64,000 bases of DNA from a virus. The notes under the pieces were generated by a model. The model was given only the letters and a program-made list of their open reading frames with translations, had not been told where the DNA came from and ran no database searches. How positions within the stretch are numbered: position 1 is the stretch's first letter; every line of letters starts with the position of its first letter. The stretch is from the IMG/VR virus record IMGVR_UViG_3300048854_000232, positions 192,618-256,617 of that record. One strand, given 5' to 3'. Position numbers and translations under genes: made by a program. This document shows positions 1 to 8,366 of the stretch, piece after piece.

Positions 1-88
1 CATGCACCTGCCGCACGTCATTGCCGTGTGCACGACGGAAGATCGTCTGCGCGTCACGATCGAACACGCTGATAAGTAAGGACTCCCC

Positions 89-775
89 ATGATCCGCAAG
101 TTGCATTATCAGATCATCCCGATGGACCTGAGCCAGTCGGACACCATGTGGCAGGAACGCTTCAGCACGATCGTCGATGACATTTCCGCTCTCCGGGATG
201 TTCCGTCCTTGAGCGAGTTGGATCGACTCACTGTGCTGAAGAAGCTGGAAGAGCATGCCCAGCACGGTAACGCCCAGGGCGGCTTTCCGATCCTGCTGTC
301 CCAGACCCCAATCGCCGGCCCGAACCAGATGTTGTCGTTCGATCCGCAGCACCACAACGTGGCGGCATGTTTTATCCATTATCCGGCTGAGATGGTCGGT
401 AACTGGGAAGAGCATCTGGAGTTTACTCTGAAGACCCACGCTGAGCGCTGGGTGCAGATCCAGGAATGGTGGCAGAAGCTGGGTCCGGCACTGGATGAGT
501 CCGAGCAAAACAACCGCAACGTTCGGTTGGCGATCACCGTCACCGAAGCTTTGAGCGCAGCCAGCGACGTACTTCAGAACCGCTTGACAACGCTGGAAGG
601 CATCCCGTCGTTCGGCCTGCCTTTCGCGATCCTCAACGCGTATATCGAAGGCCCGTTACGCTCCTTGAAAATCCGCTTCGCCGAGGCGATCGAGGCCGGC
701 TGGAAGATCGAGTTCCATTCGCATCACGGCCCGTCGGGTTCGTTCACCGGCGTCTTCCTTTTCACCAGCACGTAA
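89..775 (+). CDS. hypothetical protein
   Basis: 228-aa ORF with SD (AGGA) upstream and phage-like codon usage. Confidence 0.75.
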   Translation: MIRKLHYQIIPMDLSQSDTMWQERFSTIVDDISALRDVPSLSELDRLTVLKKLEEHAQHGNAQGGFPILLSQTPIAGPNQMLSFDPQHHNVAACFIHYPAEMVGNWEEHLEFTLKTHAERWVQIQEWWQKLGPALDESEQNNRNVRLAITVTEALSAASDVLQNRLTTLEGIPSFGLPFAILNAYIEGPLRSLKIRFAEAIEAGWKIEFHSHHGPSGSFTGVFLFTST

Positions 776-800
776 TTCTTTCACTTTACAAGGAACCGTT

Positions 801-1277
801 ATGTCGGTGATCACGCAAATGCTTGTGGAGAACATCCACCAGTTCGGTTTCAGCTACGTCGGCGTTGCCGCAGGCGAAGATCACTACAAAGAGCCCAGTC
901 ACATCTACACGGTGGGGTTGGTGAACTTCGGTCTGCCCGAGCTCATCTTGATTGGCAACATGAATGCCGGGACGATGAACTATGTCATGCAGACGATCGG
1001 TGACCGTTGGATTGCGCAGAAGGGCTACAGCCTCGACGAGGTGTCGGACGTGATCGTTCACCGGGACGGTCGTGATCCACTCCCGCTTCGTTTTGCTGAA
1101 GTAGCCGTGGAACCGGTGGTCGAGAAGTACATGCACCAGCACTGGCCCGCCATCCAACAGCGCCCGCTCAAGATGGTCCAGGTCATCTGGCCGGATCAGA
1201 ACGGCAAGTTCCCCGATGACCCCGCTTTCGATAGCATCCAGGTCGGTCCCCAGCCGTTGTTGGAACTGGCTCGTTAA
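801..1277 (+). CDS. DUF4262-family protein
   Basis: YTVGL..FGLPELILIG and QVIWPDQNGKFP motifs; paralogue of 7107..7601. Confidence 0.75.
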   Translation: MSVITQMLVENIHQFGFSYVGVAAGEDHYKEPSHIYTVGLVNFGLPELILIGNMNAGTMNYVMQTIGDRWIAQKGYSLDEVSDVIVHRDGRDPLPLRFAEVAVEPVVEKYMHQHWPAIQQRPLKMVQVIWPDQNGKFPDDPAFDSIQVGPQPLLELAR

Positions 1278-1279
1278 AT

Positions 1280-1400
1280 TTCACCGTTGTGTGAATGCTA
1301 TGCCACGCGTGAGCGTGCGCATTTAGGAAGCGCCCCCTTAGGCCCGGAAGAGTTCGACTCAACCCGCCTCGCTTCCGCATCATCAAGTCATCGATGATGT
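1280..1400 (+). ncRNA. candidate small structured RNA (four consecutive hairpins)
   Basis: Stems CACGC/GCGTG, GGAAGCG/CGCTTCC enclosing AGGC/GCCT and GAG-TTCGA-CTC, and GCATCATC/GATGATGT; followed by a terminator. Confidence 0.3.
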
Positions 1401-1410
1401 TCTCGATGTT

Positions 1411-1442
1411 CCCCAGGGCTTCGGCCCTGGGGTTTTATGCCG
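1411..1442 (+). terminator. intrinsic terminator of the hairpin-TATGCCG family
   Basis: CCCCAGGGC-TTCG-GCCCTGGGG then TTTTATGCCG. Confidence 0.8.
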
Positions 1443-1559
1443 TTCCCTTCGTTGAAACCTTTTCCTGCCTATCTCCACCCACGTTGGGTGGAGGGGCTTA
1501 TGTCGCAGTACCGTTACTCCTCGCAGTAAACCTACTCTCAATCATTCAAGGAATTCAAA

Positions 1560-3695
1560 ATGAACCGTACCATTCTTTCGCTCTCCGTCCTCGCTCTGTC
1601 GATCACCTCCGTCCTGCACACCGCGCACGCTCAGGCGGTTTCGGGCGGTCTCGATCCGTTCCACCCGTGCCTGGAAGTCGGCAGCCAGCTGGCTTGCGGT
1701 AACGGCTCCTCGATCCCGGCTGTCGATCCGCAGGGTAACCCCTCGGGTCAGGTGATCGCCATCGGCGGCACCGCTTCGGGCAACCAGACCATCGAGATCG
1801 GTTACGGCTCCACCGCCAACTACGCTTCCACGGTCGTTGGTATGGCTGCCTCGGGCATGGGCCTGAACTCGGCCAACCGCAATGGCGATTACACTGGCTT
1901 CGCGGCGGTGTTCGGCAACGGTTCGCAGGGTAACGGTTACGGCTCGACTGCCCTGGGTGGTTACGCTGCGATCGCCAACAGCTATGCCTCGACCGCGATC
2001 GGCCTGCACGCCACGGCCGGTACCACCGACGCCAACGGCGGCAACGGTGACATCGCTGTGGGCTCGGCTGCCACTACGATGGTTGCTACCGGCGACCAGA
2101 CCTCCGGCAACATCGCGATCGGTTCGTCGGCCGGCACCGTTGCCGGTGGCTCTCCGGCGGGCCAGTCGATCTACGGCGGTCAGACCACGGCCACCGGTGG
2201 CAACGCCATCGCGTTGGGCACGGGTGCGGTCGCAGCGGCGGATCGTTCCATCGCTATCGGTAACCTCGCGTCCACCAGCAGCAACCAGTCGGTGGTGATC
2301 GGTAGCGAGTCGACCACGATCGGTAAGTACGGCGCCACCTCGGTGGGTTCGGCTTCGCTGTCCGAAGGCAAGACCCACATCACCGGCCAGTTCGGTTCCA
2401 CGGTCGGTTTCGCGTCCAACGCCCAGGGCGTCGGTGACACGGCTATCGGTGCGTACGCCAACACGGGTGCGGGCAATGGCAATGCCTCGGACGATTCCAG
2501 CGACAGCTACCGTACGGCCATCGGCTACAAGTCCTCGGCTACCGGTGAAGCTGCTGCCGCACTGGGTGCGTTCAACGTGGCCTCGGGCCTGGGTTCGGTC
2601 TCGCTGGGTTACGGTGCCCGTTCGACGGGTACCACCTCGGTGGCGCTGGGCGCTGGTTCCAATGACTACGGTCGTACGAACGTCGTCAGCGTGGGTTCGG
2701 TCGGTAACGAGCGTACCATCACCAACGTCGCCGCGGGCGTCAACACCACCGATGCGGTGAACAAGGGTCAGCTCGACGGCGCGGTTGCCGGCGTGACGGA
2801 TTCGATCCACCAGTCGGTGAGCTCGCTGCAGACGGACATCAGCAACCTCGGTACGGCCCTGAACGATGGCGATCACGTGTCGGCAGTCGGCATCGCCGCC
2901 GCGCAGGGTACGGCCAACCAGGCACTGCAGAACAGCCAGAGCAACACCTCGGCCATTGCCACCACCAACACCCAGGTCGTCGCCAACACGGTGCAGATCC
3001 AGGCGCTGGTGAATGGTCAGGCTGGCGTGTGCACGGTGTCCAACGGTGCGCTGTCGTGCGGTACGGGCTCCTCGGCAACGGGTGCCGGTGCGCTTGCCGT
3101 AGGTACCAACGCGACGGCCTCCACGGCCGGCTCGGTGGCCCTGGGTAATGGTGCGCAGGCCAAGGGTGACCCGACGGTTGCCATCGGTCAGAACGCCATC
3201 GCCAACGGCAACAATTCCGTCGCCATCGGCGCCGGTGCAGTGGCCAACGGGACCAACTCGGTGGCCCTGGGTGCGGGTACGGTTGCGGCACGTGACAACT
3301 CGGTGGATGTGGGCGGTCGTCAGATCACTTCGGTGGCTGCCGGTACCCAGCCGACCGACGCGGTCAACGTCTCGCAGCTGAACTCGATGCAGTCGGCCGG
3401 TAACGCCTACGCCGATGGCGCAGCAGCAAAGGCCTATGGTCAGGCACGCTCGTACGCAGCTTCGGCTGTGGCACAGGCGCTGGCCATGCCGTCGATCCCG
3501 CAGCTGGCCGAAGGTCAGAAGTGGGTGGGTGCGGCTGCAGGTAACTATGATGGGAAGAGCGCGCTGGGTGTGGCGTTCGGCTATCAGGTGACCGCCGGCT
3601 GGAACATCGGCGGCGGCGTGTCGTCGGCGCTGTCCTCCAGCGATGGTAACAAGTCCCACCTGGCCATCAAGGTCCAGACGGGTTACGCGTGGTAA
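1560..3695 (+). CDS. trimeric autotransporter adhesin (YadA/Hia-like)
   Basis: Sec signal peptide (AHA-Q); many A/S-x-A-I/L-G head repeats; two necks (RTITNVAAG..TDAVN and RQITSVAAG..TDAVNVSQL); C-terminal YadA anchor ending TGYAW. Confidence 0.92.
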   Translation: MNRTILSLSVLALSITSVLHTAHAQAVSGGLDPFHPCLEVGSQLACGNGSSIPAVDPQGNPSGQVIAIGGTASGNQTIEIGYGSTANYASTVVGMAASGMGLNSANRNGDYTGFAAVFGNGSQGNGYGSTALGGYAAIANSYASTAIGLHATAGTTDANGGNGDIAVGSAATTMVATGDQTSGNIAIGSSAGTVAGGSPAGQSIYGGQTTATGGNAIALGTGAVAAADRSIAIGNLASTSSNQSVVIGSESTTIGKYGATSVGSASLSEGKTHITGQFGSTVGFASNAQGVGDTAIGAYANTGAGNGNASDDSSDSYRTAIGYKSSATGEAAAALGAFNVASGLGSVSLGYGARSTGTTSVALGAGSNDYGRTNVVSVGSVGNERTITNVAAGVNTTDAVNKGQLDGAVAGVTDSIHQSVSSLQTDISNLGTALNDGDHVSAVGIAAAQGTANQALQNSQSNTSAIATTNTQVVANTVQIQALVNGQAGVCTVSNGALSCGTGSSATGAGALAVGTNATASTAGSVALGNGAQAKGDPTVAIGQNAIANGNNSVAIGAGAVANGTNSVALGAGTVAARDNSVDVGGRQITSVAAGTQPTDAVNVSQLNSMQSAGNAYADGAAAKAYGQARSYAASAVAQALAMPSIPQLAEGQKWVGAAAGNYDGKSALGVAFGYQVTAGWNIGGGVSSALSSSDGNKSHLAIKVQTGYAW

Positions 3696-3714
3696 TCAAC
3701 TCAACGAGGTAATC

Positions 3715-3852
3715 ATGAAGTCGCTTCTCGCTAAAACGCTGTTCGTGGGTCTGACGGTGCTTTCGCTGTCGGGCTGTGTGTTCGTCGATCATCGTGGCGG
3801 CTATCATGGCTACCACGGTTACCGCGGCGGGTACCATCACAGTCGCTGGTAA
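3715..3852 (+). CDS. small lipoprotein with Gly/Tyr/His-rich tail
   Basis: SD GAGG; MKSLLAKTLFVGLTVLSLSGC lipobox; GYHGYHGY tail. Confidence 0.7.
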   Translation: MKSLLAKTLFVGLTVLSLSGCVFVDHRGGYHGYHGYRGGYHHSRW

Positions 3853-3859
3853 CCCGTAG

Positions 3860-3900
3860 GGCATAGACGCTCCTCCTCCCTTAACGGGAGGAGGAGCTTT
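3860..3900. terminator. bidirectional terminator (GGCATA-hairpin family)
   Basis: GCTCCTCCTCCC-TTAAC-GGGAGGAGGAGC between convergent genes. Confidence 0.8.
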
Positions 3901-3908
3901 CCTGTGTC

Positions 3909-4973
3909 TTATTTTTCTTCGACGGGATCGGTGATGCGCGCGGCCGAACGGAAAGGGCTCTTCTTGATTTGCGGCAGGTCCTCGACCGGTTCCTTGAACG
4001 ACTCCAGGCCATCCAGCGAATCCAGCCAGCTTTCCTGACTGGCCGTGTCACCCTCCAGCGGCGGCTTGGTGATCACCGTCTGGTGCAGCATCAACGAAAT
4101 AGCCAACTGCAACCGATCGATGCGATCGCAGAGGATGTCGAAGATGTCCGTCGCGCAGGCCGGAACGTAGTCGCCCGCAAACAGCAGGTTGGCCGGATCG
4201 TCCTGATGTACCGCTTCGAAGACACCGTCTGCACGGAACGGCGGATCGTCGAAGTACATCGTGTCGTTGTTCTTCTCGATCTCCTCTTCAGCCTCGAACA
4301 CTTCCCCCCAGAGCTTGAAGAGTTCCACTTCCACCTTGGCCAGTTTCACCACATCCGCAGCACTGAGCGGCTGCACTCGAACTTCGACCGGCTTACCGAT
4401 CGGGAACAAGGGCTTGAACACGGGAAGATCGACGTCGTAATCTTCTTCACCGCTTTCGGTCCACGAGCCCTGGTTGGCCGGACCCATCATTGCAGCCGTG
4501 GGCAGATGTCCCTGCAGTACCTGCGCCGGCGACGGCGGGCGTTTGGCCATCTGGGCTGGGATGAGTCTCTTCAACTCCTCCAGGTCTTTCCAGTGGTGTT
4601 CGACCAGCTTCCAGGTCTCGCTAGCCCAGTGGATATACCGCAGGTTCGCCGCCTTGACCTGGGGGAGAAGCTGCCGATACACCGCCAGGTCACGTGTAAT
4701 CTCGGCAACCAGGTTCTCCACCGGTCGACCACCCCGCGTGAGGTAGTTGGCCAGGCTGTGGTGAATGAAGAAAGGCGCATCACGACACTGGGCCCGCGCC
4801 ATCCATTCGGGGTTGCCGTAGTACTCGGTGGCCGCCTTGTACCCGAGAGCCTTGACCTGCTGTTCCTTCGGAGACTCTTTGTCGTCTTCCCAGAGCTTCT
4901 TGAGCGTGTCGTACCAACCTTCCGTGGAGGCGATACCGTGAGGGCGCATGAATTGGTGCAACAGGTTATTCAC
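3909..4973 (-). CDS. probable virion (inner head) protein
   Basis: GTG start overlaps the helicase stop; ASTEG near the N-terminus and ASQES/GLES near the C-terminus resemble phiKZ prohead-protease sites. Confidence 0.6.
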   Translation of the reverse strand: MNNLLHQFMRPHGIASTEGWYDTLKKLWEDDKESPKEQQVKALGYKAATEYYGNPEWMARAQCRDAPFFIHHSLANYLTRGGRPVENLVAEITRDLAVYRQLLPQVKAANLRYIHWASETWKLVEHHWKDLEELKRLIPAQMAKRPPSPAQVLQGHLPTAAMMGPANQGSWTESGEEDYDVDLPVFKPLFPIGKPVEVRVQPLSAADVVKLAKVEVELFKLWGEVFEAEEEIEKNNDTMYFDDPPFRADGVFEAVHQDDPANLLFAGDYVPACATDIFDILCDRIDRLQLAISLMLHQTVITKPPLEGDTASQESWLDSLDGLESFKEPVEDLPQIKKSPFRSAARITDPVEEK

Positions 4974-7023
4974 CGCAGTAGTCCTTGAAGTAGGTTTCGA
5001 ATGAAATGTCAAACTCGTTGTGCGGATCGTGGTAGGACTCTTCACTGGCCGTGTTGAAGTACTTGGTCAGCGTGCTGTCCTCGCCCTCGCTCAAGCCATC
5101 GCCACCGGTCATCGCTTCGACCTGTTCTTTCGACCAAGCAAGGATGTCGCTGGAGCGGGTAGAGATGTTCCCGGCATCCCCGGTGTCCAGGAGGATGTGC
5201 ACGAAGTGAACGGGCGTGTCCTGACCCAAACGATCGATGCGGGCCTTAGCCTGGGTCATCTCGTGATCACGGAAAGGCGGGTTCAAGAAGATCGCCTGGT
5301 TGGCCATGACCAAGGGCACGGCCGTCGACAACGACTGGTAGGTCGCCCCCAACGGGTTGATGTCCGGGTCCTTCTCGAAGTGACCGATGATCCCATTGAC
5401 GTTCGCGTTGGTTTCACCGTAGACCAGCAAAGGCTTGAGCCCCAGGTGTTTCCACTCGATGTCCATGGCTTTGAGCGCCTCGACGAACGAGGTGAACACC
5501 ACCGTCTTCTTCGAGGCCTGGTCGATCAGGTCTTTCCACGGCACGTACTTGACCATGTCAGCGTGGCACTGCGCCCGCTTACGGCCCAAGATCTTACCCA
5601 GCGCCTCACCCATGACCTTGAGTTTGACGTACTTGATGATCGCCCGGACGTCACGGAAGTCATCACGCTCCTGCTTATCACGCAGGGAGGGGATGATCTT
5701 CTTCAGCTCGTACGCGTTGCAGAACGCTGCCTGGGCTTTCATCGCTTCCGGATCATAACCCTGACGGATCATCGCCACGTCGCGCTTGTAGGTCTTGAAG
5801 TCCTGCTTCTCTTCCGAGGTCGTTAGCGTCTTCTCATGCACGGCCAAGCAGGTCGCGTAGAGCTTCTCGTACCGCTTCATCTGCGAGGTGTAATACGTCA
5901 TCCGTTCGGTGATGTACTTGGACATCTCCATGCGGATCGCATCCAGCGTGTACTGCTCGCTGTTGGGGATCCTGACCTTGATCGTGGTCGAGGAAGACTT
6001 GTTCTCGATCTCGGCATCGTCGGTCTTCTCTACCTTGAACGAGACCAACCCAATCCGGTTGCGCAGGATGTCCACCGCACGTCCGGCCTTGAAGCCGAAG
6101 ATCTTGCGGAAGCGCATCTCCACATCGGAAGTGAAGTACTTCGCAATCGTCTTCAGGATCGGGATCATCTCGTAACCCATCGCCTTGAGCGGGGTACCCG
6201 AGGACCAGACCACGTGCTGGGTGTTGGTGGTCTTACAGATGTCGATGAACGCGTTGGTTCGCGCAGCGGTGGACTCGTTGAAGTTATGCGACTCATCCAA
6301 CCCGACCAAGAGGTTGTGGGCACCGGCAACCGTGTGGGCCAAGGAGCGAGCCTGCTCCAATGCCTCGTAATGGAAGATCAGGTACTTCTCGTTCTTGTAC
6401 GGCTTGCCTTCTGCGGCGACCCAGTAAGTCTCCTCATGGGTCAGCAACTCGCGAATGGTCTTGACCCAGACCCGTTCCACCGAGTTCTTGGGCACCACCA
6501 GGATAACCTTGTCCGACTTCAAGCACGCGGCCAACGCCAGGATGATCAGGGTCTTACCCGAACCCGGCCGTGCCGAGAGCAGGTAGCCGGTCAGGTCCAT
6601 TGCCGGGACCACTTTGTTGTAGTGCTCCAGAAACGCCCGCTGGTGTTTCAGCAGCGGCAACTTGATCCGGGAGAGCTGACTGAAGTCCAGGATGGCTGGG
6701 TGCTCGGCGGAGATGTTCTTCAGCCAGGTGTTCTCCACCAGCTCCTCGATCAGCCGGGAGATCGTCGAGCCCTTGGTCCAGCCACGCTTGGCCCCGCCAA
6801 TGGTCTCCAAGGCGTAGACCACATCGGGAGCGAAGAACTTCGGAAAGTTGAAGCCGTTCTTGGTCAGGCGGGAGAAGAGCCATTGATTGATCTTCTCGGT
6901 CGACCAGATCCGCCGTACGTCACGAGCGATGAAATCAGCGGGGATGCCATCGACCGACACGTCTGTGGCACTCTCGGTAACTTTGATGGCGCCAAGCATG
7001 CGCCGTAGACTGCCAAAGGCCAT
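4966..7023 (-). CDS. SF2 (SNF2-like/DExH) helicase, phiKZ-type
   Basis: Walker A RPGSGKT, DESH, SGTP and QAKARIDRLGQ motifs. Confidence 0.85.
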   Translation of the reverse strand: MAFGSLRRMLGAIKVTESATDVSVDGIPADFIARDVRRIWSTEKINQWLFSRLTKNGFNFPKFFAPDVVYALETIGGAKRGWTKGSTISRLIEELVENTWLKNISAEHPAILDFSQLSRIKLPLLKHQRAFLEHYNKVVPAMDLTGYLLSARPGSGKTLIILALAACLKSDKVILVVPKNSVERVWVKTIRELLTHEETYWVAAEGKPYKNEKYLIFHYEALEQARSLAHTVAGAHNLLVGLDESHNFNESTAARTNAFIDICKTTNTQHVVWSSGTPLKAMGYEMIPILKTIAKYFTSDVEMRFRKIFGFKAGRAVDILRNRIGLVSFKVEKTDDAEIENKSSSTTIKVRIPNSEQYTLDAIRMEMSKYITERMTYYTSQMKRYEKLYATCLAVHEKTLTTSEEKQDFKTYKRDVAMIRQGYDPEAMKAQAAFCNAYELKKIIPSLRDKQERDDFRDVRAIIKYVKLKVMGEALGKILGRKRAQCHADMVKYVPWKDLIDQASKKTVVFTSFVEALKAMDIEWKHLGLKPLLVYGETNANVNGIIGHFEKDPDINPLGATYQSLSTAVPLVMANQAIFLNPPFRDHEMTQAKARIDRLGQDTPVHFVHILLDTGDAGNISTRSSDILAWSKEQVEAMTGGDGLSEGEDSTLTKYFNTASEESYHDPHNEFDISFETYFKDYCGE

Positions 7024-7057
7024 GGGGAATCCCTAGTAAGAAGGTAAAGAAACGAAT

Positions 7058-7061
7058 CATA
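7058..7061 (-). promoter_or_regulatory. candidate phiKZ-type late promoter (TATG)
   Basis: TTTTATG on the minus strand about 35 nt upstream of the helicase start; the same arrangement precedes other structural genes. Confidence 0.45.
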
Positions 7062-7106
7062 AAATCCTACTTCTTTGCCCTACTTTTTGAATCTCCCTTC
7101 TAGGCC

Positions 7107-7601
7107 ATGACGATGAACGAAGAGCAAGTGGAAAAGGCGCACGTAGGCATCTTCATTGAGAGCCTGCAAACCAACATCGAAAAGCACGGCCACACCTTTC
7201 TCTACGTCGGCGCGGGGGAGCACGGGGAGCCACCGTTCTTCTACACCTTAGGCCTGGCCAACCGTGGCTGGCCCGAGCTCCTGTTGATCGGTCCGATGCC
7301 CCCGACCACGGCGCAGTCATTGCTGAACTCGGTGATCGATCTGTGGAAGGAACGCGAGGCGGCCTACACCGGGATCCTGGAGGACTTCATCCTGATCCGT
7401 GATGGCGGTAAGGCTCGGGCCCGGCTCAACCTGGTGGACCGACGGGTGGCGCACACCTACACGGTGCAGGTAGCTAACGTTCTGAAGATCGGCGATAAGT
7501 ACGAGGTGGTCCAGCTTCTGTGGCCTGACCAAAGCGGCGTGCTGCCTGACGAAGAAGGCTTCGCCCTACCCGACCTGCAGACCGTTTTACCGGTCGTCTG
7601 A
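7107..7601 (+). CDS. DUF4262-family protein
   Basis: PFFYTLGL..GWPELLLIG and QLLWPDQSGVLP motifs. Confidence 0.75.
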   Translation: MTMNEEQVEKAHVGIFIESLQTNIEKHGHTFLYVGAGEHGEPPFFYTLGLANRGWPELLLIGPMPPTTAQSLLNSVIDLWKEREAAYTGILEDFILIRDGGKARARLNLVDRRVAHTYTVQVANVLKIGDKYEVVQLLWPDQSGVLPDEEGFALPDLQTVLPVV

Positions 7602-7640
7602 AAGCAGGGCCTACGGACCTTGCTTTTTATTTGTGCCGGG

Positions 7641-7667
7641 AAACCGATTTTATGACTAAATTGGTTT
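7641..7667 (+). promoter_or_regulatory. candidate late promoter (TATG in the loop of an inverted repeat)
   Basis: AAACCGATTT-TATGACT-AAATTGGTTT about 45 nt upstream of structural gene 7696. Confidence 0.45.
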
Positions 7668-7695
7668 CGCCCCCTCGCTTTCAAGGTACAGGCCC

Positions 7696-8313
7696 ATGGC
7701 ACTCGATTTGACCAAGACCGGTGCGCAGCTCATCTACGACCTGCTCAACGCCGCCAATCCCAACCCGCGACACGGTGCGTTCTCCCCGACCAATGTGACG
7801 CTGGGTGCGGTTTCGACGCTGACCGGGGATGTGTCGGGTAAGAATACCAAGGTCACTGTCACCGCGGTGGCAGGCCAAGGCTACTCCGGCAGCCAGACCA
7901 TCAAGTTCAACCGCATCGACATCAACGCGCTCTTTATTCAGAAAGGGATCCCCGCCCTTTCGTTCCCGAACGCCAACTACACCCAGTCCACCGACTTCCT
8001 GGCGTACTTGAACAGCACCCACAGCCTGAACCTGACCGCTGCCGATGTGGTGCTGGAGACGCTGCCTGCTGACGATGACGTCACTGGCCTGATTACTTAC
8101 ACCTTGCAGATCGCCTCGACTTGCAAGACCTTCATTGGCACGCTGCCGTTGACCATTACCCCGCTGACCATCCAGTTGGCTCGCGCGTTCAAGGGTAACG
8201 TGTTGAACGGTTTCGTCCCGCCCGATACCACCCGTGTGAACTTGGCCACTGCCCTGACCGGCAAGCAGCTGGGACTCTTCACCGTGGCCCAGCTAACGGG
8301 CCAAGCGACATAA
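7696..8313 (+). CDS. virion structural protein (phiKZ-like tail/baseplate repeat domain)
   Basis: LIYDLLNAANP..NTKVTVTA..GYSGSQTIKFNRID domain, shared with the three neighbouring fibre genes. Confidence 0.75.
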   Translation: MALDLTKTGAQLIYDLLNAANPNPRHGAFSPTNVTLGAVSTLTGDVSGKNTKVTVTAVAGQGYSGSQTIKFNRIDINALFIQKGIPALSFPNANYTQSTDFLAYLNSTHSLNLTAADVVLETLPADDDVTGLITYTLQIASTCKTFIGTLPLTITPLTIQLARAFKGNVLNGFVPPDTTRVNLATALTGKQLGLFTVAQLTGQAT

Positions 8314-8359
8314 AGAAAGCCCCTCCTCTAGCCCGAAAGCTAGAGGAGGGCTTATGCCG
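8307..8359. terminator. bidirectional hairpin-TATGCCG element
   Basis: GACATA..CCCTCCTCTAGC-CCGAAA-GCTAGAGGAGGG-CTTATGCCG. Confidence 0.8.
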
Positions 8360-8366
8360 CTGTTGA

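Noticed and set aside
1326-1379. tRNA gene (GTTCGACTC plus a 7-bp terminal stem) or SRP RNA (AGGCCCGGAAG)
   Set aside because: No D or anticodon arm, and the T-stem is not adjacent to the acceptor stem; the SRP match stops before GxAGCAG. Kept only as a generic structured-RNA candidate.
1542-3659. 705-aa antisense ORF opposite the adhesin, and similar long antisense ORFs opposite the helicase, nrdA and nrdB
   Set aside because: Shadow ORFs caused by high GC3 codon bias; Arg/Gly-rich with no motifs.
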